A stretch of 64,000 bases of DNA from an uncultured Verrucomicrobiae bacterium (GCA_963812605.1 CAWEWF010000004.1:288001-352000), one strand, 5' to 3'. Positions 49,023 to 59,120 are shown, counted from the first letter of the stretch. Notes: generated from the sequence alone by a model not told the origin. Program-made: numbers and translations.

Positions 49023-49559
49023 TCACAGCCCCTTGGCGGCCTTGGCGGCGTCGGCCTTTTTCTTGGCCTCCACCTCTTCATAAAATTGCTGGGAGAGCTC
49101 GGAGTTATAGATCGTCACGAAGGCATCTCCTGGTGTATCGCGTGTAAACATTTGCACGATTTTCCCCTTCCATCGCTCCTCAGGGGTTGCCGTCCCTTTT
49201 ATCGCAGGGCCCGGCTCTCCGTAGGCCGCCACGAAAACATCCCGCACCTGTTCGAGATCTTCGTGAGCGATAATAATGGAAATTTCGTGCAGCTTTCCGC
49301 GCGTCGTTGAGTAGTAGATGGCTTTGGCGGTTGCAGTGCCAATGCTTAAATTCTCTGGCTTGCGCTCATATTCGTCCCAGTCCGAATCCTTCAAGCGAAC
49401 CATGTCCGCCCGGTTCGAAAGCACCTCCCCAAACTTCAAATCCCGAAACCCATTCCGCCAGTCCATATAAGCCAGCGTCCCCATTGGCGGCGCATTCGTG
49501 TCGGCGGCGAGCGTCAGGCTCGCCATTAAGAATACGACAACGGCCAAAGAGTATTTCAT
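49023..49559 (-). CDS. Secreted hypothetical protein
   Basis: MKYSLAVVVFLMASLTLA signal peptide; D..NGFRDLKFG motif. Confidence 0.7.
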   Translation of the reverse strand: MKYSLAVVVFLMASLTLAADTNAPPMGTLAYMDWRNGFRDLKFGEVLSNRADMVRLKDSDWDEYERKPENLSIGTATAKAIYYSTTRGKLHEISIIIAHEDLEQVRDVFVAAYGEPGPAIKGTATPEERWKGKIVQMFTRDTPGDAFVTIYNSELSQQFYEEVEAKKKADAAKAAKGL

Positions 49560-49821
49560 GTCTTGCCCTTTTCTTTTTTCGACCGATGCTGCACCAGTTC
49601 CTCACGAATGGTTTTCAGATTGTCGCCGCAATAGATAACGCGCGTGTCCACGAGTGAAGATGGACGGCCCGCACTTGCCGTGCCTGCGGATGAAGCCTGG
49701 CGCGCTTTCGCCATGCCCACCTTCTACTCGAAAATGGGAGGGCTGTAAAAGAGAAAAGGGCGATGACGCAGACCGCGCACCCGCCGCTCCCGCACTTTGC
49801 GCAAAGCCCAGGTGCCGTAAT

Positions 49822-49919
49822 TTGTAGGCGAGCGGCTCGCTTGCCGTCGTTTATGGACATGGCAGGCGGGCCGCCTGCCCTACAATCCAGAAACGCCTCC
49901 CTACAATCCAGAAACACCT
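49822..49919. repeat. GTAG REP doublet followed by a 21-bp tandem duplication
   Basis: tgtaggcgagcggctcgcttgcc ... ggcaggcgggccgcctgccctaca; ccctacaatccagaaac(g/a)cct twice (49878-49919). Confidence 0.75.
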
Positions 49920-49982
49920 CGATGAATCCTGAATTCAAACTGACGCTATACACCGCCGGCATCGGAAAATTGGCCGGACGCG

Positions 49983-50675
49983 TCAGCTTTTTACGAATTG
50001 CGGCCGGCCAATTGTCACGGCGCCTGCGCCCGGCGAGAAATTCGCGCCAGCCCGCCGCGTTTCGGGCCACCAGGCGAAACGCTCCCGCAACAAACTTTCA
50101 TCGTCTACCGTTACCTCCAGCCGCGTCTGCGGCCACGGTTCATGCCTCACCCGAAACATTCGCCGCAACCCATGCCACTCCGTGAAGGCCACGTACCGCT
50201 CCAGCAGGAATTCGTCGAGGCTGCCGTGTTCACAAGGCGCGAAACATATCGCGGCGTCCCGCTCCGCTTTGTAAGAAAATCCCGTCCCGCGACTCGTCAC
50301 GCGGCCCCGGATCATCCGCTCGCGATGCTCGTACTCGATTCTTCCAAGCCGATAGGGCAACCCAAATAGGGGCGGCCCCAACCAGGTTGCGACCCGTTTT
50401 GGCACCCACTCCGCAAGAAAGAAGATTCCCGTCTCGCCTGCGTGCCGCACATACGTGCGCACGTTGAGAAACTCGTGGTTCGCGAACCAGCACCCCACCC
50501 ATTTTGTCAGGCTCCCGCCGAAGGCAAACCGCAATCGCTCCTGCGAAAACGCCACCACGCTCACGTAAGCTTTCCCCTCGCGCACGTCCAGGGGAAACGG
50601 CACCGTTGCCTGCAACCGCGCCGGCTCCACTTCATAATGCAGGAACAACACACTCATCCATTTCGCTTTAAGCAT
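49983..50675 (-). CDS. DUF2071 (YqjF-like) protein
   Basis: W..VLFLHYEV.P..L, EFLNVRTYV, GIFFL, FGLPY, FLLERY, H.PW. Confidence 0.88.
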   Translation of the reverse strand: MLKAKWMSVLFLHYEVEPARLQATVPFPLDVREGKAYVSVVAFSQERLRFAFGGSLTKWVGCWFANHEFLNVRTYVRHAGETGIFFLAEWVPKRVATWLGPPLFGLPYRLGRIEYEHRERMIRGRVTSRGTGFSYKAERDAAICFAPCEHGSLDEFLLERYVAFTEWHGLRRMFRVRHEPWPQTRLEVTVDDESLLRERFAWWPETRRAGANFSPGAGAVTIGRPQFVKS

Positions 50676-50700
50676 CCCAGCTCCACACACGATTTATCGA

Positions 50701-51651
50701 CTATCCAAAGCACCGACAGTCGTGCAGTCGAAATGCACCTGGTTTGGGCAACCCCTGATGAATTTGTGCATCCGTGAATTGAATTTCGGGCCGCAGATTT
50801 TCGGGCAATGAGCTGCAGGCCGGCAGGGGTTCCACGATTCCCTCCGAAAGAATGCGCACTTGCGCGATGGACACCAGTGGGGTCTTCATTACCCGCTCCA
50901 GGCAACAACCCAGCAGATAGTGAAACCATAATGGCATGGGGACATACAGCGGTTTCTTTCCAACCACCCGGGCCACCCGTTGCACGGCTTCGGTCAACAT
51001 CAGCTCTTCTGGTCCCGTCACTGCTACCGTCTGCCGCGACAGCCTTCCATCAAGCAAGCTCGCGCGCAGAATGCGAACAACGTCTTCAACTGCAGTCGGG
51101 CGTATCGGCTTGTCTTGGAAACCTACGAGCGCGAAAACTGGAAACGTGTAAAAAGCGTGGCTCAGATGGTCCAGCATGTGATCGCCAACCCCATAGATGA
51201 CGCCGCATTTCAGCACCGTGTAGTCCAGCCCCGAGGCGCGAACGATCTCTTCGGCAGCCCATTTCGATTCATGATAGCCGGAGCCACAACCGGGTCGCGC
51301 ACGGAGAAAACTCAGCAAGGCGACCTTCTTCACACCGGCCCGCGTCGCTGCGTTGACGACATGTCGCGTTCCTTCCACATGCACGCGCTGGTAGGTTTGC
51401 CGCCCGAGCTCACGATTGATTCCGGCGCAATGCGCGACCGCATCGCATCCGGCAAATGCTTCGGCCAGCTTCGACTCGTCTTCGAGACCCACCATCGCCA
51501 GCTGAACGCCCGCCAGCTGTCGAATGCTCTCATCACGGTTGTCCAATCCGCGCGCAACTAGCACCACTTCATGTCCGTCTTCCACCAGCGCCCGCGCGAC
51601 ATGTCGTCCCACGAACCCGGTTCCGCCAGTAATTGCCACTTTCATGTTCAC
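50701..51651 (-). CDS. NAD(P)-dependent epimerase/NDUFA9-like atypical SDR
   Basis: ITGGTGFVG, HCAGI, YHESKWAAE. Confidence 0.88.
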   Translation of the reverse strand: MNMKVAITGGTGFVGRHVARALVEDGHEVVLVARGLDNRDESIRQLAGVQLAMVGLEDESKLAEAFAGCDAVAHCAGINRELGRQTYQRVHVEGTRHVVNAATRAGVKKVALLSFLRARPGCGSGYHESKWAAEEIVRASGLDYTVLKCGVIYGVGDHMLDHLSHAFYTFPVFALVGFQDKPIRPTAVEDVVRILRASLLDGRLSRQTVAVTGPEELMLTEAVQRVARVVGKKPLYVPMPLWFHYLLGCCLERVMKTPLVSIAQVRILSEGIVEPLPACSSLPENLRPEIQFTDAQIHQGLPKPGAFRLHDCRCFG

Positions 51652-51672
51652 ATTCTCCTTTGCACATTGAGA

Positions 51673-52047
51673 CTAGGCCATCATCGGCGGTTTCGCGTTC
51701 TCTTTCCCGCGCCGTCGGCTCGTCGAAAGAACGTACAGGTTGAAGAAGTGCATGACCCCAAGGACGACCAGCACCAAACCCACTTTGGTGCTCAGGAACT
51801 CGATCGCCTCCTGCAGGTTCCCCGGCTTCTCCCCGTACTTCAATGCCAGCGTCACGTATCCGATATTGATCAGGTAGAACCCGACCACCAGCAGATGATT
51901 CACCGAATCCGCAATGGCTTCGTTTCCCAGAAATGCGTCCACCAGGAAAACCCGCCCATTCTTATGCAGCGTCTGCGCCACCCACAGCGTCAGGGCCACG
52001 CTGATCACCACATAAAACGCATACGTCCAGACGATATACAGATTCAT
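51673..52047 (-). CDS. Conserved small integral membrane protein
   Basis: LT.WVA.TL..NGRVFL, SVNHLLVVGFYL.N.GY, LGVMHFFN; three TM helices. Confidence 0.8.
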   Translation of the reverse strand: MNLYIVWTYAFYVVISVALTLWVAQTLHKNGRVFLVDAFLGNEAIADSVNHLLVVGFYLINIGYVTLALKYGEKPGNLQEAIEFLSTKVGLVLVVLGVMHFFNLYVLSTSRRRGKENAKPPMMA

Positions 52048-52065
52048 ACCGGCTCCTTTCCGTGG

Positions 52066-53004
52066 CTAATGCCACCTTCTCGTGAGACTTTGCAGTCTCA
52101 GTTCCTTCTTGTTTTCCGCGACGATCCATCCGAGCAACCCGCACACGCTAAAACCCACCGCCTGCAATACCCCGTGCGTCCGCGCCATTTGCGGGATGGC
52201 GATCCACACCTCACCGAAATAATCAGCCACCGCGTAGACACTCGCATAAACCATCGCCACAACCGCCGCGATCGCCGACACTCCCAACAGCGCGCGGGCT
52301 GCCAAGGGTTCAATTTTTCTCAGGCTCCACAGCACCCACGCGGCCATCATCATCAACGCGACGACGAGCAATGTGGCTCCGGTCAATCTCACCGGCCGCG
52401 CGTGTAAGAGATATCCTGCGGCCAGTAGGGGTGACCCGCCTGCCGCACAGATTGTCAGCATCCATTTCATCTTCCCGTTTTCATCCCCGGTCCTGTCCAG
52501 GACTTCCGCCGCCATCAGCGGCGTCACGAACGCCGCAAAATGAAAGTGCACGGCCACCAACAGCACAAGCGGCTCTTGAAACCCCAGCGGCTGCATTCCC
52601 CAGCGCGATTGCAACAAGCCGACAGCGCCCACTGCCAATCCGATCATCCCCACCACGCGGCAAATCTCGCCAAGATGTTGTGTCGACGGAGTGAGATGTG
52701 TCCGGCGCTGCCACAGCCCACCGATGGCAATCCAGATGCATACCGCCAGCCACGGCGCCACCAGCATTCCCGCGATCGTACCGGTCGGCGCCAGAAAGGA
52801 AATCGCCGCGCCGACGGCTGCAATTAAGAGCAGCCACAGACTGTCCACCCCCGCGAGTTGTAGTCCCAACGGCGCGACGACGAGCGGTCCGAGCAGGAAA
52901 AGTCTCTCAATCGTTCCGATTCCGCGGTTCGGGTCCCAGGGAGCCAGAACGAAAGCGCCCCACAGAGCGCTTCCACTGGCAACCGGGAGGAGTTTCGCTT
53001 TCAT
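52066..53004 (-). CDS. YndJ-like membrane protein
   Basis: LV.LVAVHFHFAAF, IPQMARTHG.L...GF motifs; multiple TM helices. Confidence 0.8.
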   Translation of the reverse strand: MKAKLLPVASGSALWGAFVLAPWDPNRGIGTIERLFLLGPLVVAPLGLQLAGVDSLWLLLIAAVGAAISFLAPTGTIAGMLVAPWLAVCIWIAIGGLWQRRTHLTPSTQHLGEICRVVGMIGLAVGAVGLLQSRWGMQPLGFQEPLVLLVAVHFHFAAFVTPLMAAEVLDRTGDENGKMKWMLTICAAGGSPLLAAGYLLHARPVRLTGATLLVVALMMMAAWVLWSLRKIEPLAARALLGVSAIAAVVAMVYASVYAVADYFGEVWIAIPQMARTHGVLQAVGFSVCGLLGWIVAENKKELRLQSLTRRWH

Positions 53005-53441
53005 CAGTTCCCTCCGCCGGCGGCACACCAGTGCCAGAAGATCAACAACCAGTACGTTGCCGCCAGCGCGCAAAATAATCCCGTGAGCAACGCGTGACCG
53101 ACGGCAAACTGCCGGCCCTTCGGCCAATCGGTATGTTCGTAGTAGAAGAAGTCGACCGCAACCCGCGCGGTCCAATACGTGGCGATAAATGCCGCGATCC
53201 CCAGGGCCGCCCGCACGCCCAGCAACATGTCTTCATGCAAGAGAAGCGTCAGCAGGCCAAAAGTGGTGATCGTCAATATCGCAAACGCCCCATGGACCCA
53301 CATCAATTTGCGGTTGAAGGAACTGAGCCGCGGCAACTCGTCAACCCAGTGCAACCGCCAGGGCACCTGAAAGCTCGCGATGAGCACAACGAAGTGGCCG
53401 ATGCCCGCCAGCCAGAGCAGTACATTGAGTAATTCCTTCAT
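53004..53441 (-). CDS. Four-helix membrane protein
   Basis: ATG 53441 after SD ggagg; ASFQVP.RL.W..EL..L, YW.AR..VDFFY. Confidence 0.75.
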   Translation of the reverse strand: MKELLNVLLWLAGIGHFVVLIASFQVPWRLHWVDELPRLSSFNRKLMWVHGAFAILTITTFGLLTLLLHEDMLLGVRAALGIAAFIATYWTARVAVDFFYYEHTDWPKGRQFAVGHALLTGLFCALAATYWLLIFWHWCAAGGGN

Positions 53442-53845
53442 GATATCACCCTCCAAGCTGCCAACGTGAACACCAGGCCAAGGTAAACGAACAAGAGCGT
53501 GAAGAAATAGTGGGCCAGGCGATTCTGCGCTTTGACCCGGTCGTCGTAATAGCCAAGCTGCACGACAATCCGCGGGAGCCAAAATGCGGCCATCAACAAG
53601 CTGAGGAATCGTCCCAGCCCCGGTCCGCTCGCCAGTTCGGGCGCAAACCACACGCTCAACGCGCCCAAACCGATCAACACCCCGACAATGTAGACCGCAT
53701 GCACGATGAAAATCTGGCGAACAATCGCCGACATTTTCATCAGATTCGCGCCGTACCCCAGCTTCCGGGGGATAAACAGGTTTGCCGCTGCGATTACCCA
53801 TTGGATGATTCCCGCCGCCCAGATATATGGCACCAGCCGATTCAT
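53438..53845 (-). CDS. Four-helix membrane protein (paralog of the downstream gene)
   Basis: ATG 53845 after SD aggag; AN.FIP.KL.Y..NL, RQIF.VH, FW..R..VQ..YY. Confidence 0.75.
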   Translation of the reverse strand: MNRLVPYIWAAGIIQWVIAAANLFIPRKLGYGANLMKMSAIVRQIFIVHAVYIVGVLIGLGALSVWFAPELASGPGLGRFLSLLMAAFWLPRIVVQLGYYDDRVKAQNRLAHYFFTLLFVYLGLVFTLAAWRVIS

Positions 53846-53858
53846 GATCGTTCTCCTT

Positions 53859-55055
53859 TCAGTTGACCGCTCCAATCACGCGCAGGAACGGAACCACTAC
53901 GCGCTCGATGAACGGGGGATGAAACAGCCAGAACACCGGTCCAGCCACGATGATCCAGGTCATCAACCGCTGGCGGATGACGCTGCGGCCCCGACGTTGC
54001 CATCGTCTCTCAAGCAACATCCCCAGTCCTTGCAGAGTGAAATACAATGTCGGAAATCCAAACCCGGCTCGGGCCGGTACCGAGATCACCAATTCATGCA
54101 ATGCGCCCGACGCCAAAAATACGCCGAAGGTCGCCGCGCCCGCGCCGTAACGACGACGGAGCGGCGCAAACCACAGCACCTGCGCGAGATCACGAAAGGC
54201 TGTGTTCCACCGCGCACTCCAAAAATCTCGCAGGGAAGTCGCCAGAATCGGTGCGTGCATGATTGGCGGCACCCGCCACGCCAGTGCCAACAAATGCATC
54301 ACCCCGAAATGCAGCAGGAAGGCCAGCCCAACCCAACCGACCCAGCCAACCAGCAGGCTTTGCCCGGCGGGTAGCCGACGCGCCATCCACCAGACCAACA
54401 GCGCTCCCAGGGCGGTTTTGGTGGTCGCAAATACCCAGTCCAAAGGTCGTGCATCATGTCCCGCACCCGCAAAAGTGCTCGGTGACATTCCGGGCCACAA
54501 CAACCAATAGCCGAGACTGCGGCCGACTCCCATCCGCAGACCACTGCGCCGCGCGCGAATCCACGTGATCCATTTGAAGCCGAAAAACAGGGCCGCGGCC
54601 AGGCTCCACATCCACGCCCAGGCGGGAAGCTTTCTGCCAACTGCCAGGGCGAATCCCAGACCGCATCCTCCCGGCAACCAATCCGATGTTTGCTCCGCAG
54701 GGGTGCTCGCAATTTCACAGCCTCCTTGTCGGCAGTATCGCCGGGCCGCGAACTGGCGGTAACCGCACTCCAGCAGGCGCATCGCACCGGGCGCGCGACT
54801 CATGGCCCACAACGGCCACGCCCACCACACTCGTCGCGCCAGGTAAACCACCGCGCGGGCGCCGCCGATCAACTCGCCCGCGTCGGTCACCAGTTTCATC
54901 TCGTCCGCCGGTTCCGACAGCGGGACGAACCGGAACCCATATTTACCCAGCCAGCGCTGGCCACGCCGCGCCCAGGCCGTGCAGAACCGACATTCGGCGT
55001 CGTAGAACACGCATCCGCCATCTTTGTCAGTTATTTCTGTAATTTCAGAATTCAT
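53859..55055 (-). CDS. DCC1/DUF393 thiol-disulfide oxidoreductase-like domain fused to an MBOAT (wax-synthase-type) acyltransferase
   Basis: FYDAECRFC ... Y...A.RRY; C-terminal P....SL.DFWS.RWN, F.ASG.LHE. Confidence 0.8.
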   Translation of the reverse strand: MNSEITEITDKDGGCVFYDAECRFCTAWARRGQRWLGKYGFRFVPLSEPADEMKLVTDAGELIGGARAVVYLARRVWWAWPLWAMSRAPGAMRLLECGYRQFAARRYCRQGGCEIASTPAEQTSDWLPGGCGLGFALAVGRKLPAWAWMWSLAAALFFGFKWITWIRARRSGLRMGVGRSLGYWLLWPGMSPSTFAGAGHDARPLDWVFATTKTALGALLVWWMARRLPAGQSLLVGWVGWVGLAFLLHFGVMHLLALAWRVPPIMHAPILATSLRDFWSARWNTAFRDLAQVLWFAPLRRRYGAGAATFGVFLASGALHELVISVPARAGFGFPTLYFTLQGLGMLLERRWQRRGRSVIRQRLMTWIIVAGPVFWLFHPPFIERVVVPFLRVIGAVN

Positions 55056-55067
55056 GGTCCAAAAAAA

Positions 55068-55590
55068 TCAGCGCAGCAGCGCGCCGACCTTTCCACCCAT
55101 CTTCATTAATTTTCGCAACGTCGCCGGCGGGAGTTTTCCGACATCCGCGTAGCAAGCTGAGGCGGCCTCGAAGAATTCGAGCATCTTCGCCAGTTGCTCC
55201 CGCGCGTATTCGTCCTCTTTCCCCCCGGCCCGTCCCTCTTCCACCGCCTCCCGCAGCAATCCCATCGTCGGTTCCACTTCGCGCCGCATCCGCTCGTGGA
55301 TCACAATCTGGAAAAGCGCCCAGAACGTCCTTGTGCGTCTCGAAATGATCGCGGCGATCCCCCAGGACATGGATCACCTTCACCAGGCCCCAATTCTGCA
55401 ATTCTTTCAGGCTGGTGCTGACGTTGGAGCGCGCCACGGACAAGGTCTGGGAAATCTCCTCCGCGTTCAGCGGCTTCGGCGAGACGAACAGCAGCGCATG
55501 GACCTGCGCGACCGTGCGGTTGATCCCCCAGCGGGTCCCCATCTCCCCCCAGTGCAGGATGAACTTTCTTGTGAGCGGCGTCAGCTTCAT
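55068..55590 (-). CDS. GbsR/MarR-family transcriptional regulator (frameshift near 55330)
   Basis: FILHWGEMG.RWGINRTVAQ.HALL, ARSNVS.SLKELQ.WGLV, GDRRDHF. Confidence 0.88.
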
Positions 55591-55633
55591 TTCTGTTATG
55601 ACAGAAATTACAGAATTAAATGCAGAATGTCAA
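55591..55633 (-). promoter_or_regulatory. Sigma70-type promoter with overlapping operator of the GbsR-family operon
   Basis: Minus strand TTGACA(55633-55628)-N17-TAATTT(55610-55605); palindrome TTCTGT-tatg-ACAGAA at 55591-55606 directly before the ATG. Confidence 0.7.
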
Positions 55634-56778
55634 GCGCCTTTTTCCAGCACGGCTCCGATGATTTCCGCCGGTGTGTCCCAACTGAAACGGGCGGCGTGCC
55701 GGCGTCCGCCTTCGCCCAGCCGTTGCCGCAAGGCCGGATCGGTCATAAGTTGCTGCAAGGCCTTCGCCAGCGCCGCCACATCACCCTCGGCGATGAGTAG
55801 TCCGGTTTCGCCGTCCACGACCGCTTCTGCGGTGCCGCCGCTACGGTAGCCCACGACCGGTTTCCCGTGGAACCCAGCTTCGAGATAGGTAATGCCGAAT
55901 CCTTCCACGCTTTTCGGCAATGTCCGGCTGGTCATGGCGAAGATGTCGCATTGCTGGTACGTGCGCGCGAGGGTGTCGGTGATCTCGCCGAGAGGATCGA
56001 AGGCCACGCCGGCGTTCCGACAGGTTTGTTCCACCCGCCGCAAGTATTCCACGTCGCCCTTGCCGCCAACCTGGTAAATGACCTTCGCCCGCAATTCGGC
56101 CGGCAACAGCGCCAGTGCCTGCGCGGTGTCGAGTTGCCCTTTGCGCGGGTGAACGCGGGCCAGTGTGAGGACGCGGATCTTGTCGTCGCCGGGCTTCGCG
56201 ACTGGACCCGACTGCATGGCGGCCGTACTGCACGAGCAGGGAGCCATGACAATCCGCCCAATCAACGAAGACAGGAAGCTCCGTTCGATCAACGACCGGG
56301 AGAACCGGGAAACCGTCAGCACGCACTCGGCGTGCGGAAAAAAACGCCGGGCCCAGAACCTCCAAAATGGGTTGCGCTCGAACCGCAGCACCTCGGAACC
56401 ATGCAGCAGCGAAAGGATGCGTCGGCATTTGACGCGGCCCAGAGGCAGGAGAATCATAAAGGCCATATGTGCGCCGACGCTCGTAAGCAGCACGGTCGCC
56501 GGCTCCAGTTGCGCCCGCCGCGCGACCAGTTCCCGCGCAAATTGCGTCATGTCCCAAAACCCGAGGCTGCCGCCGGCGCGCAATCGCACGACGGGAAACG
56601 TCTGCTTTTCGGGCGCGCCACGCGTTCCGTAGTCCGGCGCCCACACTTCGACGGTTTGACCGGCACGGTGAAGGGCCGCCGCCAATTCCGCGCTGTACGT
56701 GGCGACGCCGCCGCGAAACGGGGCGAACTCGTGGGTGACGATCACGATTCTCGGTTTTGCGCTTGCGGGTGGTGTCAT
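55630..56778 (-). CDS. Glycosyltransferase family 4
   Basis: EFAPFRGGVATY, LHGSE, ARVHPRKG, EGFGITYLEA. Confidence 0.9.
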   Translation of the reverse strand: MTPPASAKPRIVIVTHEFAPFRGGVATYSAELAAALHRAGQTVEVWAPDYGTRGAPEKQTFPVVRLRAGGSLGFWDMTQFARELVARRAQLEPATVLLTSVGAHMAFMILLPLGRVKCRRILSLLHGSEVLRFERNPFWRFWARRFFPHAECVLTVSRFSRSLIERSFLSSLIGRIVMAPCSCSTAAMQSGPVAKPGDDKIRVLTLARVHPRKGQLDTAQALALLPAELRAKVIYQVGGKGDVEYLRRVEQTCRNAGVAFDPLGEITDTLARTYQQCDIFAMTSRTLPKSVEGFGITYLEAGFHGKPVVGYRSGGTAEAVVDGETGLLIAEGDVAALAKALQQLMTDPALRQRLGEGGRRHAARFSWDTPAEIIGAVLEKGA

Positions 56779-56901
56779 GCGTGGGCTACCGTCATCTCAA
56801 CAGACTGGCATGGCCCTGCCAACCCAAAAAAGCACTTTCACTTTGGCATGGGGTTTGGTATCAGTCTCGCGACGAACCAAAAATCAGAAGTGTAGTTTTT
56901 G

Positions 56902-57828
56902 ATGAGCGTAACTTTGACCGAAAATGATGTGGCCGACCTGAAGGAAGGACTGCGCCGGTGCAGCCCGGAAACGATTGAAGCCGCCATCCGCTACCGCGAA
57001 AACGGCGATGTCGCCGCGATTCCGACCATCGTCTTCGGGATTCTCGACCGCTATCAACCCGCCACGGCAGCGGTAAAACTTTCGGAAGCGAATGAAAATA
57101 CGCGCCTCGTCGAAGACATCGGGCTGGACTCGCTGACGCTCCTCGAAATCGTCCTCTCCATCGAGGAAGTCCTCAAACTACGGATCGAGAATGAGGAACT
57201 TCGTGAAATCCGCACTCTCGGTCAGCTTAACAAGTTTCTCCACGACAAGATCACGGGCGCAACACGCGAAGCGCCCGCCAAGCGTTATACCCGCGAGCAA
57301 ATTGCGCTCGTGCTGCCGCAACAACCGCCCTTCCTGTTCCTCGACGAGGCCCTGCTCAGCGGGGACAGCGTAAAGGCCAGTTACACGATCAAGGGCGACG
57401 AGTTCTTCCTCGAAGGCCATTTCAAGGACGAACCGATTTTCCCGGCTTCGATTGTCTTCGAGGCGATGGGACAGGCCGCGTGCCTCTGGGTGTTGGAAAA
57501 CGGGCCCGCCCGGCTTGGCAAGGAAATCAAGTCGAACCACGTTTTCTTTGCGTCGCTGGATGGCGCACACTTCTATCGCAAGGCCAAACCCGGCGAAAAC
57601 CTGGAGTTCGAACAGAAGCTGGCGAAACTGCGCGAGCCACTGGCGGTTTTTGAGGGAACCGTGACTTCCAACGGCGAGCGGGTCGCCAAAGTCGAGCGTC
57701 TCGTGCTCGCGTTCGGTGAGCAGTTGCTGCCGGGCAGCGCCACGCCGGTGATTGTGCCAGAGTTGGAGGCTCCCGCAACGCTCGCGGTGCCCATCTCCTC
57801 CAACGGCTCGGAAAACGGTCCGTCCTGA
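56902..57828 (+). CDS. Acyl carrier protein fused to a FabA/FabZ-type dehydratase
   Basis: DIGLDSL phosphopantetheine motif; LPQQPPFLFLD, FLEGHF..EPIFP..I.FEAMGQ. Confidence 0.88.
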   Translation: MSVTLTENDVADLKEGLRRCSPETIEAAIRYRENGDVAAIPTIVFGILDRYQPATAAVKLSEANENTRLVEDIGLDSLTLLEIVLSIEEVLKLRIENEELREIRTLGQLNKFLHDKITGATREAPAKRYTREQIALVLPQQPPFLFLDEALLSGDSVKASYTIKGDEFFLEGHFKDEPIFPASIVFEAMGQAACLWVLENGPARLGKEIKSNHVFFASLDGAHFYRKAKPGENLEFEQKLAKLREPLAVFEGTVTSNGERVAKVERLVLAFGEQLLPGSATPVIVPELEAPATLAVPISSNGSENGPS

Positions 57829-57851
57829 TTCCACAGCAATCTATTCCGCCA

Positions 57852-59120
57852 ATGAAGCGTGTCGCCGTCACGGGCCTGGGGTTCATCACCAGCATCGGCA
57901 ACAATCGCGAGCAGGTACTGCGCAGTCTGCAGGAATGCCGCACGGGCGTCGAGCTGTTTCCGGATTTCGCCGCCCCCGAGATTCCCGTAAAACTGGCGGG
58001 TACCGTCAAGGGCTTCCAGTTTCCCACGCCCTACTTCGAGGATTGGATCTACCCGCCGGAATTCCAACTCACCCGCGAGCAGTTGCGACCGATGGCGCCA
58101 AACTCGCTTTACGCCTACTGCGCCATGCAACAGGCGATCGCCGGGGCGAAGCTGGCCCCCGACCTGATCTCGAACCCGCGCACCGGCGTCATGTGCGCTT
58201 CCGGCGGATCGATGTGGCTCGCCTATGACAACCTGCACACCATGCTCACCCGCGGCGTCGCTCGCTGCCAGCCAATGGGGATCATCAATAGCATTCCCGG
58301 CTCGCTCTACATCAATCTCGTCACGGCCTTCAAAATCAAGGGCGGCTCGGCCGGCTTCTCCAGTGCCTGCTCGTCCTCCGCCCACGCGCTCGGCGCCGCT
58401 TGCGACCTGATCCGCCTGGATCGCCAGGACGTGGTCTTCGTGGTCGGCGCGGAGGACTGCAATAAATTCAACATTCTTCCCTTCGCCGGCATTCGCGCCC
58501 TGAGCCTGCAGACCGATCCTCAAAAAACACCCTGCGCCTTCGACGTGAAGCGCGACGGATTCGTCGGCACGGGTGGGGCAACCGTTCTCGTGCTGGAAGA
58601 TCTGGATCATGCGCAACGCCGCGGCGCACCCATTGCCGCGGAAGTACTCGGGTGGGGCCAGTCCTCCGACGGCTATAACGTCATCGCGCCCGACCCCAAC
58701 GGCGATGGCCTGCGACGCGCGATGGAAGCCGCGTTGCAAGATGCGAAGCTGCAAAAGGACGATGTCGATTACATCAACGCGCATGCCACCTCCACGCCTG
58801 CGGGTGACGTCAGTGAGTGCCGCGCAATCCGCACATTATTCGGCAACGGCAAAACCCCGCCGGTCAGCAGCACGAAGAGTCTCACGGGCCACGGCCTGTC
58901 GCTGGCCGGGGCAATGGAAGCCGCGTTCTGCGTCCTCGCGGTGCAGGAAAAGTTTATCCCGGTTTCCGCGCACATTACCCAACTCGATCCGGCCTGCGCC
59001 ATTGTCCCCATCGTCACAAAACCGATCGCCGCCGCGCCGCGCGTCGCCCTCAACAATTCGAGCGGCTTTGGCGGCACCAACGTCTGTCTCGCGATCCGCC
59101 GCTGGGAAAATGGCCGCTAG
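57852..59120 (+). CDS. FabB/FabF-like beta-ketoacyl synthase
   Basis: RVAVTGLG, SSACSSS, FD..RDGFV, HATST, KSLTGHGL, SGFGG. Confidence 0.92.
   Translation: MKRVAVTGLGFITSIGNNREQVLRSLQECRTGVELFPDFAAPEIPVKLAGTVKGFQFPTPYFEDWIYPPEFQLTREQLRPMAPNSLYAYCAMQQAIAGAKLAPDLISNPRTGVMCASGGSMWLAYDNLHTMLTRGVARCQPMGIINSIPGSLYINLVTAFKIKGGSAGFSSACSSSAHALGAACDLIRLDRQDVVFVVGAEDCNKFNILPFAGIRALSLQTDPQKTPCAFDVKRDGFVGTGGATVLVLEDLDHAQRRGAPIAAEVLGWGQSSDGYNVIAPDPNGDGLRRAMEAALQDAKLQKDDVDYINAHATSTPAGDVSECRAIRTLFGNGKTPPVSSTKSLTGHGLSLAGAMEAAFCVLAVQEKFIPVSAHITQLDPACAIVPIVTKPIAAAPRVALNNSSGFGGTNVCLAIRRWENGR

Noticed and set aside
46030-49920. Intact prophage or integrative element
   Set aside because: No integrase, structural genes, tRNA target or att repeats seen.
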